From the sequence record SRR20825010_807: a stretch of DNA of 42,645 bases. One strand, 5' to 3'. The first letter of the stretch is position 1. Every line of letters starts with the position of its first letter. A program made the translations under genes and the position numbers. A model generated the notes under the pieces. The model worked only from the letters and a program-made list of their open reading frames with translations. It was not told the DNA's origin and made no database searches. Positions 27,584 to 37,463 of the stretch are shown here, piece by piece.

Positions 27584-28594
27584 ATGAAAGATAAGATAGA
27601 AGGATACAAAAAAGAATTGCAGGCTATTACTGTGAGCACCAAGGATGAACTTGAAAAATTCCGCCTTAGATTTATCAGTAAAAAAGGGGTTGTATCTGAG
27701 CTTTTTGAGGAATTTAAGAAGGTTCCCAACGAGAAAAAAAGGGAACTTGGAGCTGCATTGAATGTATTCAAAACAGAAGCCGAGCAACGATTCAGTGAGC
27801 TAATAGAAATACTTGAAAATAACCATTCTAAATCAGCGGCAGACAAGTTGGATCTGACGCTTCCGGCACTAAATACTTCAGGATCTATACATCCACTTAG
27901 TCAGGTAAAAAATAGAATCATTCAGATTTTTGAACGGCAGGGATTCTCGGTTGCAGAAGGTCCTGAAATCGAAGATGATTGGCACAATTTCACCGCGCTC
28001 AACTTCCCGGAAAACCACCCGGCAAGGGAAATGCAAGACACCTATTTTGTTGAAAAAGATCCTGATGTCTTGCTAAGAACGCATACCTCGAACGTTCAGA
28101 TTCGATTGATGGAGAACTCCAAACCTCCTTTCCGCTCGATCATGCCGGGTAGGGTGTATCGAAATGAAGCCATTTCTGCGCGAGCGCATTGCTTTTTCAA
28201 TCAGGTAGAAGGATTGTATGTGGATAAGGACGTAAGTTTCAAAGATCTGAAGCAAACGATCTATCATTTTGCAAAAGAATTTTTTGGTCAGGAAACGAAA
28301 ATACGATTTCGACCATCCTTTTTCCCTTTCACCGAACCTTCGGCTGAAATAGATATTAGCTGCTTCATTTGTGGTGGCGATGGCTGCAAAATATGCAAGC
28401 ATTCTGGATGGGTGGAAATCGGTGGATCGGGCATGGTAGATCCCAATGTGCTTAGTAGCTGTGGCATTGACCCAAAAGAATATAGCGGATTCGCCTTTGG
28501 AATGGGTATCGAGCGCATCGCTATGCTCAAATACCAGATAGACGATATTCGCTTGTTTTCCGAGAATGATGTGCGCTTCTTAAAGCAGTTCTAA
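27584..28594 (+). CDS. pheS: Phenylalanine--tRNA ligase alpha subunit
   Basis: HPAREMQDT, LRTHTS, FRPSFFPFTEPS and GFAFGMGIER motifs. Confidence 0.99.
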   Translation: MKDKIEGYKKELQAITVSTKDELEKFRLRFISKKGVVSELFEEFKKVPNEKKRELGAALNVFKTEAEQRFSELIEILENNHSKSAADKLDLTLPALNTSGSIHPLSQVKNRIIQIFERQGFSVAEGPEIEDDWHNFTALNFPENHPAREMQDTYFVEKDPDVLLRTHTSNVQIRLMENSKPPFRSIMPGRVYRNEAISARAHCFFNQVEGLYVDKDVSFKDLKQTIYHFAKEFFGQETKIRFRPSFFPFTEPSAEIDISCFICGGDGCKICKHSGWVEIGGSGMVDPNVLSSCGIDPKEYSGFAFGMGIERIAMLKYQIDDIRLFSENDVRFLKQF

Positions 28595-28596
28595 GT

Positions 28597-29571
28597 TCAA
28601 AGTAATGAATCGATGATTTTTTCCTCCGTTTGGCCATCGGCTTCAGCACGGAAATTTCGCACGATTCGATGGCAAAGTACAGGCTTAGCCACGGCCTTAA
28701 CGTCTTCAATATCCGGAGAATATTTTCCATTAAGTAACGCATTACACTTTGCGCCGAGGATCAGGTATTGACTGGCTCTTGGTCCTGCACCCCATTCAAT
28801 GTAATTCTTAGTCGTCTGAGTCGCCAGCTCACTGTCTGGCCTGGTTTTATGAACCAGATTCACCGCATATTCAAACACGGTATCTGTTACCGGTACTTTT
28901 CTAACCAGTTTTTGAAATTCTAGAATCTCGTCCTTAGAAATGATCGTTTCCAGTGCTTGCTGTACATCTGAGGTGGTTTGTTTTACGATCTCCATTTCCT
29001 CAGCCAAAGAAGGATAATTCAACTTAATCATGAACATAAATCGATCAAGCTGTGCCTCCGGAAGTGGGTAAGTTCCTTCTTGCTCTATTGGGTTTTGCGT
29101 AGCAAGAACGAAAAATGGCTTGTCAAGCAAGTAGTTTTTTCCTCCAATCGTTACAGCCCCTTCCTGCATGGCCTCAAGCAATGCCGATTGCGTTTTTGGT
29201 GGAGTTCGGTTTATTTCATCCGCAAGGATCACATTGGAGAAAATCGGGCCCTTTATGAACCGAATGTTTCGCTCCTGATCCAGCGTCTCCGCTCCGAGCA
29301 CGTCGCTTGGCATCAAATCCGGTGTGAATTGAATCCGGTTGAATTTGAGACCCAAACAATTGGAAATGGTGTGGATCAATAAAGTCTTGGCAAGACCCGG
29401 TACTCCAACGAGCAGTGAATGACCACCACAAAAAATGGATGTAATTAGTAGGCGAACAACTTCTTTTTGTCCGACAACATTTTTCCCTATTTCTTTTTCA
29501 AGCTTGTTAAATGCACTAAATAGCTCATCCGCCACAGCGACTTCATTTGTTGTTTCTTTCATGTTTGACAT
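28597..29571 (-). CDS. moxR: MoxR family AAA+ ATPase
   Basis: GVPGLAKT, RIQFTPDLMPSD, DEINR and ATQNPIEQEGTYPLPEAQLDRF motifs. Confidence 0.96.
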   Translation of the reverse strand: MSNMKETTNEVAVADELFSAFNKLEKEIGKNVVGQKEVVRLLITSIFCGGHSLLVGVPGLAKTLLIHTISNCLGLKFNRIQFTPDLMPSDVLGAETLDQERNIRFIKGPIFSNVILADEINRTPPKTQSALLEAMQEGAVTIGGKNYLLDKPFFVLATQNPIEQEGTYPLPEAQLDRFMFMIKLNYPSLAEEMEIVKQTTSDVQQALETIISKDEILEFQKLVRKVPVTDTVFEYAVNLVHKTRPDSELATQTTKNYIEWGAGPRASQYLILGAKCNALLNGKYSPDIEDVKAVAKPVLCHRIVRNFRAEADGQTEEKIIDSLL

Positions 29572-30929
29572 TAATCTACCAGACCACAGTTGTCGTATTC
29601 GGGATCGACCTCAATGTATACATTGTCCTTGGCTTCCTGGAAATAATCGTTTAGAATCTTGTTTCGTTTGTTGTTCAAAGTAGCCACTGAGATTTTCTGA
29701 TAATCCTGCTTCAGGCTGGCCTGATGTGGCGGCACTTTGGCTTTGTAATAAAGGATACGAAAGGCCAGCGACCCGTCAGCTTGCTGGAAGCGCTCCGCCT
29801 TAGTGATATTACCTATTTGCATGGTGTCTAACGTAAAGAAGATCGTTGGGTCAAGCTGATCTACCGAAACATTGGTTGAGCCATTTCCATCGATGAAAAA
29901 ACCACCACTTGAAGAAGTTCCCTGATCGTCGCTGTATTCCTTGGCTGCATTCTGAAAAGTGATGCTGTCAAGGAGGATGGCCGTTCTCAAACTATCCAGA
30001 TACTTTTCTGTCTTGGCCACATCAGCATCAGATGGTTTCGGTGAAATCAAAATATGCCTGGATCGAAAAGTGTTTCCCCGCTTTTCCTGAAGTTCAATCA
30101 GGTGGAAGCCAAACTGGGTTTCTACTGGATCTGACAATTCACCTGGCTTCAAAGTCATAGCAGTTGCTTCAAACTCTGGCGCCAATTGCCCACGACTGTA
30201 AAACGGCAACTGACCGCCGTTGGCAGCCGAACCCGGGTCTTCTGAGTACTGTTGTGCCAATGAACCAAAAGACTCACCAGCCATTATCCGGCCCTTAATT
30301 TCATACATCAGCTTGCGCACCTTATCCTTTTGGGATTTGCCCGCCTCAGGTTGTTTCACAATTTGTGCTACAGACACTTCGGTAGAAAAGTAAGGAAGCG
30401 AATCCGTCGGGATTTTGGCGAAAAACTTCTTAACCTCAGCCGGTGAAACTTTGAGATCAGCAGTGATTTCACGCTGCATCTTTTCCACAATCATCTGCTG
30501 CTTGATGTCATCAAAAAGCTCTTCTTCGAGTTGCTCAACAGTTTTGCCATAATACTTGACCAACTCTTCTTCTGAACCAACCCGGGCGATCACGGCACTC
30601 ATACGGTTCGACAATTGCGCCTGAACCATTTGATCGTCAACTTCCACCGAGTCTATAACAGCTTTGGCCAAAAACATCTTTTCCTGAATCAATTGCTGAA
30701 GAATTTCGCATTTCGCATTTGCACTTCGGAACTCCCCTCTGGACAAGAAATCCAGGTAGGCCTTTTCCAAGTCGGATTTAAGAACAATGTAATCGTCTAC
30801 TTTCGCAATGATTTTATCAATATTAACTGATTGGCTGCCTTGACCGTGAGCTGCTCCGATCAGCATCGGAATGAATAAAAAACTAATTACGGTAAACCTG
30901 AAAAAGGTTCTGCCTCTTCGCATCCTCAT
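29571..30929 (-). CDS. surA: SurA-like parvulin peptidyl-prolyl isomerase/chaperone
   Basis: IDKIIAKVD N-domain and two rotamase domains (YSEDPGSA...PEFE...TQFGFHLI; AKEYSDD). Exact start uncertain. Confidence 0.9.
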   Translation of the reverse strand: MRMRRGRTFFRFTVISFLFIPMLIGAAHGQGSQSVNIDKIIAKVDDYIVLKSDLEKAYLDFLSRGEFRSANAKCEILQQLIQEKMFLAKAVIDSVEVDDQMVQAQLSNRMSAVIARVGSEEELVKYYGKTVEQLEEELFDDIKQQMIVEKMQREITADLKVSPAEVKKFFAKIPTDSLPYFSTEVSVAQIVKQPEAGKSQKDKVRKLMYEIKGRIMAGESFGSLAQQYSEDPGSAANGGQLPFYSRGQLAPEFEATAMTLKPGELSDPVETQFGFHLIELQEKRGNTFRSRHILISPKPSDADVAKTEKYLDSLRTAILLDSITFQNAAKEYSDDQGTSSSGGFFIDGNGSTNVSVDQLDPTIFFTLDTMQIGNITKAERFQQADGSLAFRILYYKAKVPPHQASLKQDYQKISVATLNNKRNKILNDYFQEAKDNVYIEVDPEYDNCGLVD

Positions 30930-31737
30930 ATATTTTTTCCTCTAATTCTCTCTTTAACGTAATCTTCCTTTTATTAATTATAATGTTTCGAATATCCTCT
31001 CTGATAAACTCCAGTGGAGAGATTTCGTCTGATGTTTTATATTCAAAAATTTTAAGGAAGTAAGTGCTGTTTTCTGCAGATGTTTCTGACGATATGTTCT
31101 TTTCTAAAAACTGTTTTTTGTCCTGAATGCCTTCTAATGGGGTTCCTAAGGTTACTTCGTCAAAAATAACCCAAACTGAGTCTTCCAGATAGGATTTGGA
31201 GGCAAATTGCCCAATATAGGACAAAACTTCTTCATTTTGGGATTCCGGGTATTTCCTGAAGTCACGGCGGAAGCGGCTAAGGTTAGGTGCATTTTTTGGC
31301 ACTTCCACAAATACACATTTAATGATGTTTTGCTTTAGGAGAAAATTATGTGATTTCTCCTTATAATATGCAAGTATCTCATCCTCAGGAACATTGTAAT
31401 CCAGATTTTGATCAATGTATTTTTTAACAAACGAATGAACGATGAGCGCATATCGGTAATCGAGCACCTTTCTCTCTATTTCTGCTTCGTTCACGTTAAT
31501 GTTTTGAGTCGAGTTTGCAATCATCAATTGCTTCTTCACCCAGTCATCCACATATTTTTCTGCCAGTTTGGTGCTATCCGTTTCCGAGACATTCGTTGGG
31601 AAAAGACCATCCAAATCCGACAGATAGAGATTATTTTCTCCTACTTTGGCAATGGGCGACTCTGAAACTATTTCCTTTGGTCTAAAAAATTCGCAACTGA
31701 CAGCAAGCAGAAGTAACAAAAGAATGTGTATTTTCAT
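30883..31737 (-). CDS. PPIase-like (PpiC/SurA-related) lipoprotein
   Basis: MKIHILLLLLLAVSC lipobox from ATG 31737, which overlaps the upstream TGA as TGATG; IAKVGENNLYLSD and SPLEFIREDIRNIIINKRK; position upstream of surA. Confidence 0.75.
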   Translation of the reverse strand: MKIHILLLLLLAVSCEFFRPKEIVSESPIAKVGENNLYLSDLDGLFPTNVSETDSTKLAEKYVDDWVKKQLMIANSTQNINVNEAEIERKVLDYRYALIVHSFVKKYIDQNLDYNVPEDEILAYYKEKSHNFLLKQNIIKCVFVEVPKNAPNLSRFRRDFRKYPESQNEEVLSYIGQFASKSYLEDSVWVIFDEVTLGTPLEGIQDKKQFLEKNISSETSAENSTYFLKIFEYKTSDEISPLEFIREDIRNIIINKRKITLKRELEEKIYEDAKRQNLFQVYRN

Positions 31738-32150
31738 CAGTGTATTTTCTTGGTCAGCCTGCAAATATTGCAATTCTTGTCTTTTGAGAACTCAACTTTA
31801 TCCATAATTCTTTTGACAAGCATCAGCCCAACCCCGCCTTTCCTTTTGGAAGAAATTATTTCATCAATGGAAGGTTCTTTATAGGAATCGTAATTGAACG
31901 TGACACCTTCGTCCTTTATTATGAAAATGATTTTTCCATTGACCGGGTCATCTATAAGCACTTCAATTTTGTGGCTTGGGTCGCATTGGTTGGAGTGAAT
32001 AATGAGATTTGCGCAAACTTCATCTACAGCTAAAACGATCTTATGCGCTTCGAGCTCTTGCAAACGATAACCTTCCAACACCTCGCTCACGAAGTGCCTA
32101 ATTTTTAAAAGGTTCGCCTTTTTACACGATATGCTCAGTTTATGCTTCAT
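31737..32150 (-). CDS. RsbW/SpoIIAB-like anti-sigma factor Ser kinase (HATPase_c)
   Basis: LAVDEVCANLIIHS (N-box), KDEG and GGVGLMLVKRIMD motifs. Confidence 0.9.
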   Translation of the reverse strand: MKHKLSISCKKANLLKIRHFVSEVLEGYRLQELEAHKIVLAVDEVCANLIIHSNQCDPSHKIEVLIDDPVNGKIIFIIKDEGVTFNYDSYKEPSIDEIISSKRKGGVGLMLVKRIMDKVEFSKDKNCNICRLTKKIH

Positions 32151-32481
32151 TCAGGAGAGAAATCCCTTCTTCTTTTGTGTTTACAATAGTCATCAGATTT
32201 TGAAGACCAAGTATTTGAAATACTTCAAACACCTTTTCACTCATCCCGAATAAGACCAGTTTGACGTTTTTGCCCTTCAGGTCGTCCAAATAAGAAATAA
32301 ACACCCCCAAACCCGCTGAAGATATATATTCGAGATTGGTCAGGTCAACAAGAATTTTTGTGGTTTCTTCCGATGCGTGTTTCATGGCGTTATCCAACTC
32401 TATGGATGAACTGGCATCCACTTCACCTGAAACAACTATCACGTGATGCGCTTCTTCTTTTATCGTATTAATTTCTATCAT
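32140..32481 (-). CDS. STAS domain anti-sigma factor antagonist (RsbV/SpoIIAA-like)
   Basis: GEVDA, DLTNLEYISSAGLG (phospho-Ser motif) and VFQILGL. Confidence 0.93.
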   Translation of the reverse strand: MIEINTIKEEAHHVIVVSGEVDASSSIELDNAMKHASEETTKILVDLTNLEYISSAGLGVFISYLDDLKGKNVKLVLFGMSEKVFEVFQILGLQNLMTIVNTKEEGISLLNEA

Positions 32482-32483
32482 TC

Positions 32484-34532
32484 TTATTTATAAAATTTGA
32501 CGATGGTTATTGTGTAATCATCATCCAGTTTTTCATCGCCCAAAAAATCAAGTAAATCCGCAATCAAACCTTCTTTTATCTTATTTAAAGGCTTATCAAT
32601 GTGTCTAAGTAGTGAGATTTCTAACCCTCTGGAACCGTATTGTTCTTCGTTTGAGTTCCGTGCCTCCGTAATCCCATCGGTATATAATAACAGCAGATCC
32701 CCCGGCTGATAGGTCATTGTTTTTTCTTCAACGTATTGATTGAACTCCGAGTTTCTCAGGATACCCAAACCGAGACCATTACTCTCCAAAAAGCAAGCCT
32801 TTTTGGCGCTAGCAGAGTAGAAAAGCGATGGGCAATGCCCTGCACGGGTATAACACATCGTTTTTTTCGTGGTATCTATCGAAAAGTAGGAAGCTGTGAT
32901 AAAGGACGATTTTTCAAGGCACTTACTCAAGGCCCTATTAGCCTGAGTAATAAATTGGCCAACAGATTCTTTTTGTATAGCCAGACTATGAAAGATTCCC
33001 TTCATCTGAGCCATGTTGAACGCTGCGGATGTTCCTTTGCCTGAAACATCTGCTATGATTAAGCTGAATATCCCTTTGTCCGACTCCAAAATGTCGTAAT
33101 AATCTCCACCTACCTCATCAGCGGCCACACTATACGCCAGGATATCAAAGGTTTCGTTGTGACTGAGTTTCGTTGGAAGCAAACTCTTTTGAACATTTTT
33201 TGCGATGCTCAATTGTTCTTTGTAGCGTTCATTCTCGATCGCTTCACTGATAAGCTTCACATTCTCTATGGAAGTACTCGCCTGATTTACAAAGGTCACG
33301 ATGATATCCACCATTTCCTGGTCAAAGGCATCTCCAACCTCTTGTAGCAAGGCCAGCACCCCCACCTGAGTGCCTTTCACAAAGATCGGCAACACCATGA
33401 TAGATTTAAAGTCAGGATGGGAAAGCGAGCTGATCACTTTACCCGGATTGGCATCTTCTGTGAGACGATAAAGAGCCACTTCACGGGCATATTCCTGCCG
33501 AATGGATTGCTCAATATCAGGCACTGCCAATTCTGACATTCCTCTGGCTATCAGAAGTGGTTTCTCATCTTTGATTTGAAGCCAGGCGGCATCCGCAAAA
33601 ACGGCGCTCATGCTGCTTTCCAGTAGCAAATCCGCTGTTTCTTCTACCGTTGTTTCTCCTCTGTGAATGTGGCTCAGTCGTTGGAAATCCATCGCTTCCT
33701 GTAGCTTCTTTTCGAAAACAGAGGAGGTCGGCAAATTGAACAAAGTCACCAGAATGGAAACGAGCGAATAAAAAATGATAAAGATGAAAAGGGAAACAAT
33801 AAAAACCCGATCCATTAGATCAAAACTTAACTGACCAGTAACGGAAAAATTATCGAGCGTGAGCAGAAAGTGATAGACATAGATGCCCGAGAGCATAATG
33901 AAAAGGATGCTTTTCCACTTTTGTTTGAAATTCAGATAGGCGATCCATTTCAAATTAAACGAAAGGATCAGGGAAAATCCGGATAGAAAAACAAGCGCCA
34001 CGTTGAAGTTTACGCTCAGCAATTTGTTTCCAAAAAGGTCGAAAAGTAAACCTCCCAAAAGGAAGTATTCAAAAAAGGACCATAACTGGATCAGGTTTTT
34101 TGACTTCTGATAAAGGATCAGCCGCTTCCAAACAACGAAAGTAGAAACCATATAAACCACAACCAGGGCCAAAAGAATGTTGTAGAAAAAGTTGATCGCT
34201 ATTGGGTTCTGACTTATGCTGCTATTTGCAAATACAGAAAAGAAAAGCCGGATGGCCAGGGACCCAATGGTAGTGAGTAGTCCGGTGATAAATACCCGCC
34301 AAAGCAAATCCATGAAATTGATACTATCCGCTTTGCTTATCTGAATCCGGAAGTAAAAGAACACACTTACAACGAACGTGGTAAAGAACAGCTGTGGCAA
34401 AATGCCTGAAACATCAATGTTGAGCTGGTATTTCTCAATGAAGAGCAGATAAAGATCAAAAAACAGGAATAACAGCCAGGACAGAATTCCTGCAAATAAA
34501 ATGAGCCGTATTTTTAGTTTTCTTGATAACAT
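32484..34532 (-). CDS. Membrane-bound SpoIIE/RsbU-type PP2C phosphatase (about 8 TM helices, GAF-like domain, PP2C domain)
   Basis: Hydrophobic N-terminal ~270 aa; VGGDYYD, ADVSGKG, RAGH, YTDGITEA and DDYT metal-binding motifs. Confidence 0.92.
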   Translation of the reverse strand: MLSRKLKIRLILFAGILSWLLFLFFDLYLLFIEKYQLNIDVSGILPQLFFTTFVVSVFFYFRIQISKADSINFMDLLWRVFITGLLTTIGSLAIRLFFSVFANSSISQNPIAINFFYNILLALVVVYMVSTFVVWKRLILYQKSKNLIQLWSFFEYFLLGGLLFDLFGNKLLSVNFNVALVFLSGFSLILSFNLKWIAYLNFKQKWKSILFIMLSGIYVYHFLLTLDNFSVTGQLSFDLMDRVFIVSLFIFIIFYSLVSILVTLFNLPTSSVFEKKLQEAMDFQRLSHIHRGETTVEETADLLLESSMSAVFADAAWLQIKDEKPLLIARGMSELAVPDIEQSIRQEYAREVALYRLTEDANPGKVISSLSHPDFKSIMVLPIFVKGTQVGVLALLQEVGDAFDQEMVDIIVTFVNQASTSIENVKLISEAIENERYKEQLSIAKNVQKSLLPTKLSHNETFDILAYSVAADEVGGDYYDILESDKGIFSLIIADVSGKGTSAAFNMAQMKGIFHSLAIQKESVGQFITQANRALSKCLEKSSFITASYFSIDTTKKTMCYTRAGHCPSLFYSASAKKACFLESNGLGLGILRNSEFNQYVEEKTMTYQPGDLLLLYTDGITEARNSNEEQYGSRGLEISLLRHIDKPLNKIKEGLIADLLDFLGDEKLDDDYTITIVKFYK

Positions 34533-34543
34533 TTAAAGGGGCA

Positions 34544-34551
34544 CAAAAATA
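34544..34551 (-). promoter_or_regulatory. -7 element of the phosphatase-to-moxR operon
   Basis: Minus strand TATTTTTG ending 11 nt upstream of the ATG at 34532. Confidence 0.6.
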
Positions 34552-34568
34552 CTCGGGACAGGCCGAAT

Positions 34569-34601
34569 AAAAAAGCCATCGACAAATAGTCCGATGGCTT
34601 T
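34569..34601 (-). terminator. guaB terminator
   Basis: AAAGCCATCG-AC-AAATA-GT-C-CGATGGCTTT with a T tract on the minus strand. Confidence 0.8.
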
Positions 34602-34625
34602 AATACTATGATTTAGAGGGATTTA

Positions 34626-36095
34626 TCAGCGACTATAATTTGGCGCTTCTCTCGTAATGGTAATGTCGTGTGGATGGCTTTCGGCAAAGCCTGCTGCCGA
34701 TATTTTTACAAACTTGGCATCATGAAGCTTTTCGATCGTTTGCGCACCGCAATAGCCCATGCCAGCTTTCAGACCTCCTGTAAGCTGATAAAGAACTTCC
34801 GAAACAAGGCCTTTGTAAGGAACTCGTCCCACAATTCCCTCCGGAACCAATTTTTTGATATCATCCTCTGCGTCCTGAAAATAACGATCTTTCGATCCGT
34901 CTTCCATAGCCTCGACAGAGCCCATACCACGATAGGTTTTGAATTTTCTTCCTTCGAAAATGATCATTTCACCAGGAGCTTCCTCGGTTCCCGCAAGCAA
35001 TGAGCCAATCATTACGCTACTTGCTCCACCGGCCAATGCTTTTACCACATCACCGGAAAAACGAACGCCCCCATCCGCTATGATCGGAATATTTTTTCCT
35101 CTTACGGCCTTATAAGATTCATAAACTGCAGAAAGTTGCGGCATTCCCACACCGGCAATGATTCTAGTGGTACAAATACTTCCTGGACCAACACCTACTT
35201 TAATGGCGTCTGCACCTGCCGCAACCAAAGCCTCGGCTGCTTCATATGTGGCAATATTGCCCACAATTAATTCTAAATCCGGGAAATGTTTTTTTACGTT
35301 TTTTGCCGCATCAATCACACCTTTCGAGTGACCATGGGCTGTATCGATACTCACCACATCAACCCCGGCGTTTCTTAACGCAGTAATTCTGTCGATCATA
35401 TCTGGAGTGACGCCAACTGCAGCACCTACTCTCAATCTACCGTATTCATCCTTGCAGGCATTCGGACGGTCTTTATTTTTCAGAATATCCTTATAGGTGA
35501 TTAAACCGGTCAGTTTACCGTCTTTATCTATGATGGGTAGTTTTTCGATTTTGTATTCCTGAAGAATCTCTTCCGCTTCTGCCAGCCCGACTTCTGCAGA
35601 TGCGGTGATGAGGTTTTCTGTCGTCATGATCTCAATGATCGGACGTTTCATCACCTTTTGGAAACGCAAATCCCGGTTGGTAATAATCCCGATAAGCTTT
35701 TTGTCCTTGTCAATTACCGGAATCCCACCGATCTTATTTTCCCTCATGATCTTCTCCGCATCACCGGCTGTGCTGTTCACATCAAGAGTAATCGGGTCGA
35801 GAATCATACCGCTCTGCGAGCGTTTTACTTTTCGCACCTGAATGGCCTGCTTCTCGATGGACATATTTTTGTGAATAAATCCCATACCGCCTTCCAGAGC
35901 CATCGCAATAGCCAATGCCGATTCCGTCACAGTGTCCATAGCTGCGGAAACAAGTGGAATATTCAGCTTAATATTGCGCGTGATTTGGGAGGTGGTGTCT
36001 GTATCTCGTGGAAGAATTTCAGAATAACCGGGGAGAAGTAGCACATCGTCGTAAGTCAGTGCTTCAAATAGGAATTTGTTTGTATCGAGATTCAT
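34626..36095 (-). CDS. guaB: IMP dehydrogenase
   Basis: [11 protein letters not shown] pair, [10 protein letters not shown] (catalytic Cys), YRGMGS and VPEGI motifs. Confidence 0.99.
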   Translation of the reverse strand: MNLDTNKFLFEALTYDDVLLLPGYSEILPRDTDTTSQITRNIKLNIPLVSAAMDTVTESALAIAMALEGGMGFIHKNMSIEKQAIQVRKVKRSQSGMILDPITLDVNSTAGDAEKIMRENKIGGIPVIDKDKKLIGIITNRDLRFQKVMKRPIIEIMTTENLITASAEVGLAEAEEILQEYKIEKLPIIDKDGKLTGLITYKDILKNKDRPNACKDEYGRLRVGAAVGVTPDMIDRITALRNAGVDVVSIDTAHGHSKGVIDAAKNVKKHFPDLELIVGNIATYEAAEALVAAGADAIKVGVGPGSICTTRIIAGVGMPQLSAVYESYKAVRGKNIPIIADGGVRFSGDVVKALAGGASSVMIGSLLAGTEEAPGEMIIFEGRKFKTYRGMGSVEAMEDGSKDRYFQDAEDDIKKLVPEGIVGRVPYKGLVSEVLYQLTGGLKAGMGYCGAQTIEKLHDAKFVKISAAGFAESHPHDITITREAPNYSR

Positions 36096-36122
36096 GCAAA
36101 TAATCTGTTCTTATTTGCGGTG

Positions 36123-36130
36123 CAAAACTA
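36123..36130 (-). promoter_or_regulatory. -7 element of guaB
   Basis: Minus strand TAGTTTTG ending 27 nt upstream of the start codon. Confidence 0.6.
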
Positions 36131-36181
36131 TCTAGTTCACCATAAAAACCGAACAATAACAAAGAATTTAATTTCGCACGA

Positions 36182-36784
36182 ATGGAGGATATTATAAACC
36201 AAATGCTCGCACAAGCTTTCCAAACCACCTGGCTGGAGGCCATAGCTGTGTTTTTTGGACTTGCTAGCGTTTGGTTTTCGAAAGAAGAAAACATTCTGGT
36301 TTACCCAACAGGCATCATCAGTGTATTTATTTACATCTACATCACGTTCCAGTATAAGCTCTATGCCGACATGGGGATCAACGGATATTATTTCATTATG
36401 AGCGTATATGGCTGGTACCATTGGAAGGATACCCGGAATCAGGCGGATCAAATTCCGGTTACAAGAATGAACCGAAAAGAGTTTTTGATCAGTCTTGTCT
36501 TTCTGGCTTCTTCCATTTTGATTATCCGATTTGTCCTGATCCATTTCACCGATAGCGACGTTCCTCTATGGGATGCCCTGACTACCTCCTGCGCTTTGGT
36601 GGGTATGTGGCTGATGGCCAGAAAGAAAATAGAAAATTGGATTGCATGGATTATTACCGATTTTATTTCTATGCCCCTCTATCTTTACAAAGGACTCCCA
36701 TTTACCAGTTTTCAATTTTTTGTATTCACTATCCTCTCCTTTTGGGGATATTTTAGTTGGAGAAAATCATTAAGTAATGCTTAA
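36182..36784 (+). CDS. pnuC: PnuC family vitamin transporter (probably thiamine-type PnuT by context)
   Basis: LEAIAVFFGL, YGWYHW, WDALTT and WLMARKKIENWIAWI motifs. Confidence 0.92.
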   Translation: MEDIINQMLAQAFQTTWLEAIAVFFGLASVWFSKEENILVYPTGIISVFIYIYITFQYKLYADMGINGYYFIMSVYGWYHWKDTRNQADQIPVTRMNRKEFLISLVFLASSILIIRFVLIHFTDSDVPLWDALTTSCALVGMWLMARKKIENWIAWIITDFISMPLYLYKGLPFTSFQFFVFTILSFWGYFSWRKSLSNA

Positions 36785-37295
36785 ACGAATAGCGGTCATT
36801 GGCCCTGAGTCCACAGGAAAAAGTGAGTTGTGCCAGCATTTGGCAAGGAATTACAATACGGAGTGGGTACCTGAATATGCCCGCTTTCATTTGGATCGAT
36901 TAGATCGACCTTACGTAAAGGAAGACCTTTCCTTAATCGCCCAAGGCCAACTTGCCTGGGAGGATGATAAAGCCGAATATGCTGACGAATACCTATTTTG
37001 CGATACCAACCTGATCGTGATCAAAGTATGGAGCGACCATAAATATGGAAGCACAGATGAGTGGATCGAAAAAGAATTGAAAGAGCGGAAATACGATTTC
37101 TATATCCTCGCAAATATTGATTTGATCTGGCGCCCGGATCCGCAAAGAGAGAATCCGAAGATGGGAAAGCATTTTTTTGCCATTTATGAAAACTACCTGA
37201 AAGAGAACAACTTGCCTTATGCAATCGTGTCGGGAATAGAGGACGCACGAACTGCAGACGCCACCAAAGCACTGAAAGCATTTTTCGACAAATAA
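36777..37295 (+). CDS. NadR/Ttd14-type P-loop kinase (AAA_28)
   Basis: IAVIGPESTGKS, VPEYAR, LFCDTN and WRPDPQRE motifs; 8-nt overlap with pnuC. Confidence 0.9.
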   Translation: MLKRIAVIGPESTGKSELCQHLARNYNTEWVPEYARFHLDRLDRPYVKEDLSLIAQGQLAWEDDKAEYADEYLFCDTNLIVIKVWSDHKYGSTDEWIEKELKERKYDFYILANIDLIWRPDPQRENPKMGKHFFAIYENYLKENNLPYAIVSGIEDARTADATKALKAFFDK

Positions 37296-37303
37296 AATAT
37301 TCG

Positions 37304-37311
37304 TAGCTTTG
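37304..37311 (+). promoter_or_regulatory. -7 element driving the TPP riboswitch leader
   Basis: TAGCTTTG immediately upstream of the aptamer. Confidence 0.75.
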
Positions 37312-37315
37312 CCAC

Positions 37316-37405
37316 ATTAAAGGGGTGCCCTAATCCACGAAAGTGGTAGTCAGGCTGAGATCATACCCATAGACCTGATCCGGGTAATGCCGGCGTAGGA
37401 AGTAT
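37316..37405 (+). ncRNA. TPP riboswitch (THI element)
   Basis: AGGGGTGCC...GGCTGAGATCATACCC...ACCTGATCCGGGTAATGCCGGCGTAGGAA, the canonical TPP aptamer. Downstream hairpin TGGGAGA-TTCCCC-TCTCCCA is the likely expression platform. Confidence 0.97.
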
Positions 37406-37463
37406 GATAACCGAGGTGGGAGATTCCCCTCTCCCAGATGGTTAAATGTTTTACAAATTAAAA

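Noticed and set aside
27584..28594. pheS without pheT, and infB without rbfA/truB
   Set aside because: Split arrangements of these genes are usual in Bacteroidota.
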